Source: Octopus sinensis (Eukaryota). From it: a stretch of DNA of 64,000 bases. Below the pieces are notes generated by a model. The model was given only the letters and a program-made list of their open reading frames with translations. It searched no databases and was not told where the DNA came from. Shown one piece after another: positions 39,241 to 52,569 of the stretch. The DNA is taken from assembly GCF_006345805.1 (NCBI RefSeq), contig NC_043017.1:27466001-27530000 (forward strand), read 5' to 3'. The stretch's first letter is position 1. The number at the start of each line of letters is the position of its first letter. The position numbers were made by a program, and so were the translations under genes.

Positions 39241-40994
39241 ACCTAAAGTAGAAATCATTATTTTGGTTAGAGTTGTTACTGTTGTCGTTTTTGTTGTTGT
39301 TATTAAATCTGCTACATTCCTCCTGAAATCATCGTTTCGACGATCTTATTGCTGATTTGTTTCTATCACATTCAATGTAATAATGCTTCATTTTATTGCT
39401 TGTTTACACTTTTTCGATATCAGTGTCTATCAATACTGGAAAAAGGATAAGTATTTGTGAAGGGAACCTACTTCTCATCGACAACTGTGATTGTCACACG
39501 CCGATAACGGGTCAATACCCAGAAACTCGAGTCCGTGTGTATCATAAGTTGGAGACGGGAAGGACACAGAAAGTGTGTCTATAGCCAGCTGGAGGATGTG
39601 CCCTGCTGGGACTGCAAACTACAGTACCATCCACCCTTAAGGTTAGCCATATTTAAATGGCAAATATACGTCACAATGCTTCATTGTTTTCTTAAAAACA
39701 TTTTGTTGGTCGTCTTTTAGACTCAGTTTAACCCCGACTGTGCACATTTCTTACGAAAATGTTGCTACTATTGACATATTTTCATGTAGCCTTTAACGTA
39801 TAAACGGAAACTGTAATTTTGCTGATGAGAGTCATACCAGCAAAAACTCTGCGACAACACACTTCATGTTCTGTGTGATCTACAGCTGTGCTTCCAGGAT
39901 CAATGAAACACCGATGGAAATTTGATCATCGTCATCTTGCGTGTGTATTGATTTGAGGAATCATAGAAGCTTATTGAATTTACTATTAATATTCATAGAA
40001 GCTTGTAAGTGAACTGCGAACAGACAGAATCGTTAGCATGCCGGGCAAAATGCTCCGGGGCATTTCGTCTGTCTTTACGTTCTGAGTTCATACTCTGCAG
40101 TGGTTGGTTTTGCTTTTATCCTTTTGGATGAATCAACTCAACTCCTTTCCCCAAGAAATTACAGACCTTCTGCCAATATTTGGAACTAGTTCACATAGAA
40201 ACTTCAAAGGCAGCCGCCTGGTAGAATCGTCAGCACAAAGGGAAGACTCTTAGCGGCATTTCGTCCGTATTTTTATTCCTTCGGGGCCAGTGTAATAAGA
40301 ACCAGCTGAAAACTGAGGCCATTCTAATCGACGATCCCTAAAATACTAGCCTTGAATGAATTTTAATCCGATATTCTATGAAGCTAAAATTTATAAACTG
40401 TTGATGTTACGATCGCATTATATTTTCTTTTTAGCTCTATTTCAGCAAATATTCAGTATATCTACGTAGTACTGCATTCCTACAATAACTATTTCGCATT
40501 TTATTCGTACAGAATACAATCTGAACTATTGTATTTAAAAGCAGCAGATAGGACAGTGAAACAGAACCCCATTTCTTAAGCTTTTTGCTTTCTTGGCGTA
40601 CTGAAGATCAGACAAAGAACGTACTAACGCACTTTTCCAAGAAATGTAAAGATATCGGTCAAACATATGTAACAGATTTATAACCGTAATCTCTCTTTAA
40701 TGCTACAGATATCGAAAAATACAAGAAATGATGGTTTAATTAATAGTACGTGGTATAATAAAAAGTAAATATGAATAATGCACTTTTCAAAAAGTTCAAA
40801 TATTTACATACGATTTGTAAAGCTTTGATTAATAATTGTTTTTTTAACTATACAGCGCTAGGATTGCTTCTTAACATGGTTACTGATAATGTATGTTAAT
40901 TTATGCATTAAATGCAGCTAAAACACAGTGTGCAGCTCTGCATGTATCTGTATGTATGTATGTGTGTGTGTGTTTATGCCTATCTGTATGTGTG

Positions 40995-41524
40995 CACTGG
41001 TTGCGGCGATAAGTTGGCAAAATTTAAATGTTGAATTGAATCTAACAGTTTTGTGTGTTTCTTAAATGGCTTATAAACACCTTCCTCGCTGCAACTGTTT
41101 TCGTTCCAGCACACGATCTTAGATCAAGTCACTCGCTATGCAAGTACATCTCCGTAAAGAGTAAAATTAGTTTTTGATGAAAAATATGGCGTCTATGTTT
41201 GGTCGGTCGAGTGGCCATACCTCAGCCCAAATAACACGTGTGTGTGTGTGTGTGTGCGTGTTTCTGTCTCTCTGTTGTGTGCGCTGGTTGCGGCGATAAG
41301 TTGGCAAAATTTAAATGTTCAAATGAATCTAACGGTTTTGTGTGTTTCTTAAATGGCTTATAAACACCTTCCACGCTGCAACTGTTTTCGTTCCAGTACA
41401 CGATTTCAGATCAAGTCACTCGCTATGCAAGTACATCTCCGTAAAGAGTAACATTAGTTTTTGATGAAAAATATGGCGTCTAAGTTTGTTCGGTCGTGTG
41501 GCCATACCTCACCCCAAATAACAC
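40995..41524. repeat. tandem duplication (~245-bp units at 40995 and 41282, period 287), probably the end of a Tc1/mariner-type element
   Basis: Both copies start c(a/g)ctggttgcggcgataagttggcaaaattt and end cccaaataacac, separated by (TG)n. The transposon assignment is tentative because no partner TIR was found. Confidence 0.7.
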
Positions 41525-42259
41525 ACAATTTCAGTATCGGTGATCAGCATGACGAAAGAGTAAAGAAATGTTACTTGTAATTTTCTGTGACATCACACTG
41601 TTATCAATTTAGCTTCTTACCCATCCAGTATTATGATGTCTGTTCACGCCATCGATCAACTCTATAAATACCTGTCCTATTTTGTGTCATTCCTCATATC
41701 TCGGCATGATTAGCATTACCTCTCATCCTCCTCGTATCAGCATTACCGTGTTTGTTTATTCCATCGATTATACCTATAAATACGCGGCCTCTATTTTTAA
41801 TTTCTGATCGAAAGATAACCAGAGTTGTCACCGTGTCTGTCAAATATCAGATTATTCCATCCTTCCTTCCTTACCGTTGACTGCTTTAATTTTTAATTAA
41901 CAGAATCTCAGTTGCATTAACTACATGCATGTGTATGTATATGTGTGTGGGTGCATTTGTGTGTTTGTGGGTGCGTGTGCATGTCTGTATGTGTAGTGTT
42001 TTGAGATGTTAGAATTGATGTGTTGATTAAAGGATTGTCTAACGTGTGTTTTTGTTCGTAATAGGCATGAGGCTTGATTAATTATGTCTGAAATGGTCGA
42101 CATTTTACCTGCGTTAGCGACAATTTTTTTTCAACAAATTTTTACACGAATCGACTTGAAGGTAAAGAGAAAAGACACAAACGCGTATTCAGCGTTTAAG
42201 CAAAAATAAATAACTATTTCAATTATCATTTGGAATCAGAACATAATATAATGACATTA

Positions 42260-42294
<35 letters not shown>

Positions 42295-42394
42295 AAGAGA
42301 AACAGACTGACAGACAGGTAGATAGCTATGCCATAAACATAAATATTAATTGACAGGTAGATCTAGGGAAAGGTAATTCAAAACAGGGACACAT

Positions 42395-42595
42395 ACATAC
42401 ATATACCGTTGGCGATTTTTTTCCCTCTGTCTTCCCTTCTCTCGATCTTTCCTTCTATGTTTCCGACGAAACATTAAACCCTCCTTCGAAACGTTAAACC
42501 CTCCTTCTATCCTTCCTTCCTGAGCGTCCAATAACACTATATATGTTCCACGTCCTCGCGTTGTTGTGATTTTTGTGCTTTCTTGTTTGAATTAT
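42395..42595. mobile_element. Penelope-like terminal repeat remnant
   Basis: gtttccgacgaa...cgaaacgttaaaccctccttc with a local duplication of taaaccctccttc; the motif type matches other Penelope-like remnants in the window. Confidence 0.45.
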
Positions 42596-43476
42596 ATATA
42601 CATATATATATATGAATGTGTGTGTGTGTTTGTGCATGGATGTGTATATGTGCGTGTCTCTACATATACACATGAATATACTTCGGAAGATATAAAGCTA
42701 ATGAGAAAATTTATATTTCGTGGCAAGGAAACGCCATGACACGTGAAGGAAAATAAGTAGTTATAAATTATAATAAAATATAAATATAATATTGCACTTC
42801 AACACAACGATGGTGTGACGGATTTGAATTGTACAGATGTCACACTTCTGATGCTATAAAAACAACACACACACACATGTATGTATATATATGTGTGTGT
42901 ATATACGTGTATATAAATGAAAATACGTGACTGCGTATGCGCATCTGCTTGTTTATTTGTGTGTAAGTATTTCTGTTTGGTGTATTGTCAGCTTGTGTGT
43001 AGAGGTGGAGTATGTAAATTGACTAATTGCTTTGCTTTTTGACAAAATAGTAGATTCAGAATTATTGTTAACTCTGCGAAGTAAAATATTCTTAGCGCCT
43101 ATCGTGTTTCGTACATTTGCATCACATATACGTTTGGCGTTCAAATGGTGCCGAAGTTTATTAAGTACTTTTTTTTTATTTGTTTACATTCGATAAAGAA
43201 TGCTTTCATAAGTTCTATCCATTTTTGTTGTTATTATTGGAAGTTGACGTTATAGCGTATATTCCTTAATATTTACAAGCACTGAATCCGCAAATTCTCG
43301 GCAGCAGACGGTGATCGCCAAGCAAAATGGTGGTATTTATAGAGTATTTGTAAGTGTATACACACACACACACACACACACAACACACAACACACACACA
43401 CACACACATGTATGTGTACATATGTAGATATACATGTACACATAGATATATATTTAAAAAAATAATAAATGCGCAC

Positions 43477-43710
43477 TTTTTAAAGCCTAGCCAGGTTCAT
43501 GGGCCCGGTTTCTATGGCGTAAGTGTTCCCCAGCTGGACGGGACGCCAGTCCATCGCAGCGTTACTCATTTTTGCCAGCTGAGTGGACTGGAGCAACGTG
43601 AAATGAAGTGTTTTGTTCAAAAACACAACGCGTCGCCCGGTCCAGGATTCGAAACCACAATCTTACTGCGATGATGCTGACACCCTAACCACTATGCCAC
43701 GTTCCTCCAC
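43477..43710 (-). mobile_element. tRNA-derived SINE (CORE-like middle, tail Z)
   Basis: Minus strand: gtggcatagtggttagggtg A-box, ggtttcgaatcc B-box, gcgttgtgtttttgaacaaaacacttcatttcacgttgctccagtccactcagctgg, then gcgatggactggcgtcccgtccag, which resembles the V-SINE-type domain as I recall it. Confidence 0.8.
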
Positions 43711-45995
43711 ATATATATATACATACATATATATATACATATGTATGTATGTATGCATGCATATATACATGTTTGTATGCATGCATATATACATGTTTGT
43801 ATGTATGCATATATACATATGTATGTATGTATGCATGCATATATACATATGTATGTATATGTATGCATGCATATATACATATGTATGTATGTATGCATGC
43901 ATATATACATATGTATGTATGTATGTATGTATGCATGCATATATACATATGTATGTATGTATGCATGCATATATACATATGTATGTATGTATGCATGCAT
44001 ACATACATATGTATGTATGTATGTATGTATGCATGCATATGTATGTATGTATGTATGTATGTATGCATGCATATGTATGTATGTATGCATGCATACATAC
44101 GTATGTATGTATGTATGCATGCATGCATACATACATATGTATGTATGTATGTATGCATGCATGCATATATACGTATGTATGTATGTATGTATGCATATAT
44201 ACGTATGTATGTATGTATGCATATATACGTATGTATGTATGTATGTATGCATATATACGTATGTATGTATGTATGTATGCATATATATGTATGTATGTAT
44301 GCATATATACGTATGTATGTATGTATGCATATATACGTATGTATGTATGTATGCATGCATATATACGTATGTATGTATGTATGCATGCATATATACGTAT
44401 GTATGCATGCATATATACGTATGTATGTATGTATGTATGTATGCATATATACGTATGTATGTATGCATATATACGTATGTATGTATGCATATATACGTAT
44501 GTATGTATGCATATATACGTATGTATGTATGCATATATACGTATGTATGTATGCATATATACGTATGTATGTATGCATATATACGTATGTATGTATGTAT
44601 GTATGTATGCATATATACGTATGTATGTATGTATGTATGCATATATACGTATGTATGTATGCATATATACGTATGTATGTATGTATGTATGTATGCATAT
44701 ATACGTATGTATGTATGTATGTATGTATGCATATATACGTATGTATGTATGTATGTATGTATGCATAGACGTATGTATGTATGTATGTATGTATGCATAT
44801 ATACGTATGTATGTATGTATGTATGTATGCATATATACGTATGTATGTATGTATGTATGTATGCATATATACGTATGTATGTATGTATGTATGCATGCAT
44901 ATATACGTATGTATGTATGTATGTATGCATGCATATATACGTATGTATGTATGTATGTATGCATGCATATATACGTATGTATGTATGTATGTATGCATGC
45001 ATATATACGTATGTATGTATGTATGTATGCATGCATATATACGTATGTATGTATGTATGTATGCATGCATATATACGTATGTATGTATGTATGTATGCAT
45101 GCATATATACGTATGTATGTATGTATGTATGCATGCATATATACGTATGTATGTATGTATGTATGCATGCATATATACGTATGTATGTATGTTGTATGCA
45201 TGCATATATACGTATGTATGTATGTATGTATGCATGCATATATACGTATGTATGTATGTATGTATGCATGCATATATACGTATGTATGTATGTATGTATG
45301 CATGCATATATACATATGTATGTATGTATGTATGCATGCATATATACATATGTATGTATGTATGTATGCATGCATATATACATATGTATGTATGTATGTA
45401 TGCATGCATATATACATATGTATGTATGTATGTATGCATGCATATATACATATGTATGTATGTATGTATGCATGCATATATACATATGTATGTATGTATG
45501 TATGCATGCATATATACATATGTATGTATGTATGTATGCATGCATATATACATATGTATGTATGTATGCATGCATATATACATATGTATGTATGTATGCA
45601 TGCATATATACATATGTATGTATGTATGCATGCATATATACATATGTATGTATGTATGCATGCATATATACATGTATGTATGTATGCATGCATATATACA
45701 TATGTATGTATGTATGCATGCATATATACATATGTATGTATGTATGCATGCATATATACATATGTATGTATGTATGCATGCATATATACATATGTATGTA
45801 TGTATGCATGCATATATACATATGTATGTATGTATGCATGCATATATACATATGTATGTATGTATGTATGCATGCATATATACATATGTATGTATGTATG
45901 TATGCATGCATATATACATATGTATGTATGTATGCATGCATATATACATATGTATGCATGCAAGCATGTATGTATACATGTATGTATGTATGCAT
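43711..45995. repeat. 2.3-kb alternating purine-pyrimidine satellite built from ATGT, ATGC, ATAT and ACGT/ACAT (higher-order unit ~24-32 bp)
   Basis: Directly visible; near-perfect RY alternation, broken at gttgt (~45191) and atagac (~44764). Confidence 0.97.
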
Positions 45996-46613
45996 CTATC
46001 TCTTTCTCTCTGTCTCTCTCTCTATATATATATATTGCTTTCTTCCCTGCATTCTAAGTGTTCGCGAAATAATACCGTCAGGATACCAGACTTTAAAATA
46101 ATATGCACAGAAGTGATTTTTTCGGCTGAACCCCTGAAGGTTGTGCCCCTGCATGGCCGCAAATTAGTAACCAGTAATGAAAGTTATGAGAAATCCTTCA
46201 ATATTTTCGGATCGGGTTATTGACCTTCTCTTTTAGTAGTTATAATTAAAACCTTTCGACTGCTGTTCCTTCCAAATATATCACGTTATCAAATATATCT
46301 GTGAAGAATAATGATAATGCCTTTGCGCCGAAATTCAGACAATAACTAAAAAGAGAAAAGAAAAAAAAGAAAACAAAGAAATAGAAGATTGATAATTTAC
46401 AGCTTTTGGGTTTCTTTTACCATTCCTGTTACAACTTGATACTACGAGACGTGATGATTAATGAACTGCGCTGCTGCTGCTGCTGTTTTTTTGTTTCCGT
46501 TGTTGTTGTTGTTGTTGTTACTAGTATTTGAAGTTTCGCCAAAGGTCAGCTTTTGTGTAGAAGGCCAATAATCAAAGTTATACTAAGTTGTACCATCGCC
46601 ATGATTTTTTTTT

Positions 46614-47113
46614 TTATTCTCAGACAAATTGTTTTTGGCATTTCACTATCAAACATTTCTTACCGAATCTTTAAAAGCAATAACGTTACACGGCAGTTAT
46701 TTGACTGTTATTTCTAGCATCTGGAATATCCACATCGCAGCTTTATGTTGGAAATCTAGAAATTTCCTTAATGATGTTTATTTATTCTCAGACAAATTGT
46801 TTTTGGCATTTCACTATCAAACATTTCTTACCGAATCTTTAAAAGCAATAACGTTATACGGCAGTTATTTGACAGTTATTTCTAGCATCTGGAATATCCA
46901 CATCGCAGCTTTATGTTGGAAATCTAGAAATTTCCTTAATGATGTTTTTCTATTCTCAGACAAATTGTTTTTGGCATTTCACTATCAAACATTTCTTACC
47001 GAATCTTTAAAAGCAATAACGTTACACGGCAGTTATTTGACTGTTGTTTCTAGCATCTGGAATATCCACATCGCAGCTTTATGTTGGAAATCTAGAAATT
47101 TCCATAATGACGT
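46614..47113. repeat. three near-identical 168-bp tandem units
   Basis: cagacaaattgtttttggc starts at 46621, 46789 and 46957. Confidence 0.97.
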
Positions 47114-47276
47114 TAGATTCCTGTTTTTAGTTTTGTTACAAATGTCTTTTTGTTCGCGTGAACCAGCTGGAAAAATTAAGACAAGTATAACTCGTCAGCA
47201 AGCAGATTTTTAATCTTTATATCTATGGTTTTTATCTTTCACAGATGATTCTCTCATCTGTCAAGAAAGAAAACAC

Positions 47277-47313
<37 letters not shown>

Positions 47314-47404
47314 TTCTCTTTGTCTCTACTACGCTTTGTCTCTTCTATACTTTGTCTCTCCTGCACTTTCTATTTCATTCCTTTAGCGATATGGTTGGAC
47401 TAAG

Positions 47405-48002
47405 GCTGCGAGCTGGCAGAAACGTTAGCACGCCGGGCGAAATGCGTAGCCGTATTTCGTCTGTCGTTACGTTGTGAGTTCAAATTCCGCCGAGGTCGAC
47501 TTTGCCTTTCATCGTTTCGGGGTCGATAAATTAAGTACCAGTTACGCACTGGGGTCGATGTAATCGACTTAATACCTATGTCTGTCCTTGTTTGTTCTCC
47601 TCTGTGTTTAGCCCCTTGTGGGTAATAAAGAAATAGGTATTGAGTCTGTCGTTGCATTCTGAGTTCAAATTCCGCCGAGGTCGACTTTGCCTTTCATCCT
47701 TTCGGGGTCGATAAATTAAGTACCAGTTACGCACTGGGGTCGATGTAATCGACTTAATACCTATGTCTGTCCTTGTTTGTTCTCCTCTGTGTTTAGCCCC
47801 TTGTGGGTAATAAAGAAATAGGTATTGAGTCTGTCGTTGCATTCTGAGTTCAAATTCCGCCGAGGTCGACTTTGCCTTTCATCCTTTCTGGGTCGATAAA
47901 TTAAGTACCAGTTACGCACTGGGGTCGATGAAATTGACTTAATCCGTTTGTCTGTCCTTGTCTGTCCCCCTGTGTTTAGCCCCTTGTGGGCAATAAAGAA
48001 AC
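47405..48002 (+). mobile_element. SINE family B, head plus 3 tandem body units (185-bp period)
   Basis: Units start gtatt at 47452, 47637 and 47822; each has gagttcaaattccgccgaggtcgac. Confidence 0.93.
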
Positions 48003-48537
48003 AGAAATGGTTGGACTAAAAATCTAAGGCAGGTAATGTGCTACTTTTAATTCAAAATTGCCGAGAGATTCTTAGAGAAACAGGTGATGTAAATAGGATT
48101 TACTTCCCTTTTATGAATACAGACAGGCAGCTGGTATAAGAAGTGATGAGATTTGGGATTTAGTAAGGGACAGATAATCTTAAGTAGTAGAAAGACAGCC
48201 TTGATGTGTTGTGGTTATATTTAGGAGCATATTTAAATAAATGACATTATGAGGATGGTATAGTCCAATGATTTTACAACGATGTCATGTTCTTTCACTG
48301 TTATATTTTGGAAAACTATGTATGGGTATGTGGTTAAGAAGCTCCAATGGTTTCGATTTCGGCTTCAATGCGAAGCAATTTTGGCAAATGTCATCTACCG
48401 GATCATCGGGCAGAGCAATCTCATATGAGAGAATTTGGCAGACGGGAACTCAATGGAAGCGCATTATACACAAACGCGCGCGCACACAATTATAAGTGGT
48501 CTGATCTATAGGTATCCGGACTCTTGCCATGACACCT

Positions 48538-48945
48538 AGGAGTGGATGTGTGGTAAGTAGCTTGCTTACCAATCACATGGTTCTAGGTTCAGTCCCACTG
48601 CGTGGCATCTTGGGCAAATGTCTTCTACTATAGCCTCAGTGGATTTGGTAGACAGAAACTGAAAGAAGCCCGTCGTATATATGTATATATGTATGTATGT
48701 GTGTGTGTGTGTGTGTGTGCATTAGTGTTTGTGTGCATTAGTGTTTGTACCCACAACATCGCTTGACAACCGATGCTGGTGTGTTTATGTCCCCGTAACT
48801 TAGCGGTTCGGCAAAAGAAAACCGATAGAATACGTACTAGGCTTACAAAGAAAAAGTCCCGGTGTAGATTTGCTCGACTAAAGGCGGTGCTCCATCATGG
48901 CCACAGTCAAATGACTGAAACAAGTAAAAGAGTAAAAGAGAGAGT
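48538..48945 (+). mobile_element. SINE family A (short internal deletion)
   Basis: Near-consensus; jumps from tagcctc to agtggatttgg. Confidence 0.9.
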
Positions 48946-48959
48946 ATACTAACGAACCT

Positions 48960-49368
48960 AAAGCATACAGAGTGAAGCTGCTTGGCACAAATTGACCTTA
49001 AACTCTGCTGTGCATGCGCACTAAGGTTTAACGTTCTAGCTCACTTTTGCTATTTACAGCAATGCTTGGAAGGAAGGTGTGTACTGTACGATTGTCCCAT
49101 TGAAATTGACAAAGAAAATTGAGCAAAAAATCTGCCTTAAATTTTGCCAAAAGTTTGGCAAAACCTGCTCAGAAGCCTATGCAAATTATCAGAAAGTTTT
49201 CATCGTTCTTGACACAATCAAATAGATCTTGTGCAACAGAAACCCGAGTGTCTTTTAGTCATCTGAAAGCAATTTCGGCACAAACTTGGCTGACCCATGT
49301 CTCATACCCAAATCTTCAAGGTAGTACAATACAATGATTGTATTCCAACGATCGAGCACCTCTTCAAA
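48960..49368. pseudogene. rearranged mariner transposase remnant (N-terminal piece on +, central piece on -)
   Basis: Plus strand 49106-49186 reads LTKKIEQKICLKFCQKFGKTCSEAYA (HTH start). Minus strand 49345-49187 reads DLGMRHGSAKFVPKLLSDD*K, then after a frameshift DTRVSVAQDLFDCVKNDENFL (WVPxxL-like linker region). Confidence 0.8.
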
Positions 49369-49397
49369 GATAAGTAATTTTATTTAACAAGGATTTA

Positions 49398-49746
49398 TAT
49401 AGGCGTAGGAGTGGCTGTGTGGTAAGTAGCTTGCTTACCAACCACATGGTTCCGGGTTCAGTCCCACTGCGTGGCACCTTGGGCAAGTGTCTTCTACTAT
49501 AGCCTCGGGCCAACCAAAGCCTTGTGAGTGGATTTGGTAGACGGAAACTGAAAGAAGCTCGTCGTATATATATGCATGTGTTTGTGTGTCTGTTTGTCCC
49601 CCCATCATCGCTTGACAACCGATGCTGCTGTGTTTACGTCCCCGTAACTTAGCGGTTCGGCAGAAGAATGTACTAGACTTACAAAGAATAAGGCGGTGCT
49701 CCAGAATGGCCACAGTCTGAAATGACTGAAATAAATAAAAGAGTAA
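49398..49746 (+). mobile_element. SINE family A (3' internal deletions)
   Basis: Near-consensus 5' half; shortened 3' half. Confidence 0.9.
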
Positions 49747-50269
49747 GGATATCTACTACATTCAAGAATGGATTGTTAATTTAATGATAAATTAGTAGCA
49801 ATTCCTAGCAGATGGGGAACAAAGGTAGTTGCTATTTTAAGCCTCAATAAGACCAAAACGCCAAATTCTACCATATATAGTAAAAACCGAGAGACAGCAG
49901 AGGTAATTTACTTGCATTTAGAAACACAAATATTTTAATCAATTTTACGCTATCACAGACGAGAAGTACAGAATCCTATCTTTACATTTACTAAATATAT
50001 TAATCAATAATTTGAATGGAATCAATAATTTAAATCGAATCATTTATCTTTAGTAGTACACGTGAGCGTGCTGGGTATAAAGTAGAGAGTCACTGTACGA
50101 TTACGCACGAATATTTGCTGCGGATGTACGGATATACTTGTGTTAGTCTTGTGTGTATGTGTGTTTGTGAGTGCGTGTTCTGTGGGTGTATGTGTTCATT
50201 TTGGGTGTGGCTATACATACGTTCATGTCACTCTTTCCTTCCATATATATCTATTTATCTATCCATCTC

Positions 50270-50700
50270 TATCTATCCAACTCTATCTATCTATATCTAT
50301 ATTTATCTATCAATCTATCTATATGTATATATCTATCTCTCTATATGTATATATTTATATATGTATATATCTATCTATATATATGTATATACCTATACCT
50401 ATCTATATATATGTATAAATATATCTATATATATGTATATATCTATCTATATATATGTATATATCTATCTATATATATGTATAAATATATCTATATATAT
50501 GTATATATCTATCTATATATATGTATAAATATATCTATATATATGTATAAATATATCTATATATATGTATATATCTATCTATATATATGTATATATCTAT
50601 CTATATATATGTATAAATATCTCTCTCTATATATATCTATATATATGCATATATATATATCTATATATATATGCGTATTTAGATACATAAGTAGATAGAT
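50270..50700. repeat. compound (ATATCT)/(AT)n/(ATGT) microsatellite
   Basis: Directly visible. Confidence 0.93.
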
Positions 50701-51149
50701 ATATATAAAGGTATATAAATAAATAACGTATATACACGCAAATAAACATAGATATATAGATATATACACATACGTATATGCATACACACATCAATCTCAA
50801 AGCATGAACATATGAGTTTGTGTATATACATGTATATATGTAAGAGCGTGTCAGCAGGTGTGTTTGTGTGTGAGTGAATCTGCGTCTACCAGCGTATGAT
50901 TAAGTTTGAATCTAGACCGATAGTTCTTTAATAAAACGTCTTTAGTCGATTCCCTAAAGTGAAAACAAATATATATATTCATTGGACCAAACAATAATAA
51001 CGATAATGCTGGGTAACAACAAGGACATAAATTATAAGAGAAAAATTGTAAAAAGAAAGATAAATTTCGACGATGTTATGTTTCATTTATACAGCTCAAA
51101 TATATTTTAATCTTATAACCCGAAAATATAGTCGAATGAATATATATAC

Positions 51150-51520
51150 ATGTATATATGAATATATATATATATATATAATATATATATATACACACAT
51201 CTATCTATCTATCTACATATATATACACCCATCTGTCTATCTTTGTATCTTTCTATCTATCTACATATATATATACACCCATCTGTCTATCTTTGATTCT
51301 TTCTATCTATCTATCTACATATATATATACACACATCTGTCTATCTATGTATCTATCTATCTATCTACATATATATATATATACACACATCTGTCTATCT
51401 ATCTGTCTATCTATGTATCTATCTATCTATATACATAAATATACATATATATATATACACACATCTATCTACCCATCTATCTATGTATCTATTTATCTCT
51501 ATATATATATATACATATAT

Positions 51521-51552
<32 letters not shown>

Positions 51553-51560
51553 ACATGCAT
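51150..51560. repeat. compound (ATCT)/(AT)/(AC) microsatellite with ~45-bp higher-order repeats
   Basis: Recurring tatctatctacatatatatatacac(c/a)catctgtctatct. Confidence 0.9.
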
Positions 51561-52569
51561 TTCATTTCAAAGTATCTACTATTAGCGTTGCACGTATACA
51601 CACTCACACACATACACGCACGTGTGCGCATGGAAAAGCACCGAAGCACAAAGGCACACACGAATACAGACGGACATAGTCCCTCACACATTCACACATT
51701 CATTAACACATAATTCCAAGGCGTTCATATTGTTACAGAAATACGTCCATATTGCATCCTCCGCTTTTGCCTTTACAAATACAAATACGCACAGACTCAC
51801 ACATACAAAAATACACACGCCAAAGCACACATTTCCCGACGACATATATCCATACACACGTTTATACAATAAGCCACTCCAGCGTAGCCCGAACTGCAAC
51901 AATAATCTATAGATCAAGAACGAAATAACGAATATAAAAATAAGCACAGCACAAACAGTTATCCCGATACCAATCTTTGTGTTACCGATAATATCACTTG
52001 GTTTAGGTGAGTAGATTGATATATCAAGAGATATTTCAACTATATATGGACGCTTGATGAGCTGTGTTCCTCCGTTGGCATTCGTAGAAGATTTTGAATT
52101 ATACACAGCAATCTATCGGTATATCTGTCTACAATAAGCAATGCACTCAGCAGGCAACAAATCTTGGTTGATTTATTTTGAGGCGGCAGAAATATTCATA
52201 GATTCACTTATAGTTTTGCTAATATCTTTAATGTCCTTTTTCGAAGTGTTCAAACAACGACAGGGCAGATATCACATTATTTCACATGAAACACGACTAT
52301 TATAGATGTTACTGTTCATATCATATCACTAGGTATGCATCTCTCCTTGTCTCAATCATCTCTTTTTCTCTGTCCCTCACCTCTCTCTCTCTTTCTCTCT
52401 CTCTCTCTCTTCATCTCTCTACCTCTCTCTCTTACCTTCTCGGTATATATGCATGTGTGTGTGTGTGTGTGTGCACTCAGTCTATGCTTGTATGTTGTTT
52501 ACGACATAAGAGCTTATAAAATGTATAGATAAATAGATTGATAGATAAATAGATTATATATATATATAT

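Noticed and set aside
43613-46223. Seven overlapping 339-814 aa ORFs on both strands
   Set aside because: Artefact of the RY-alternating satellite, which cannot contain stop codons; the translations are M/Y/V/C/H/I repeats.
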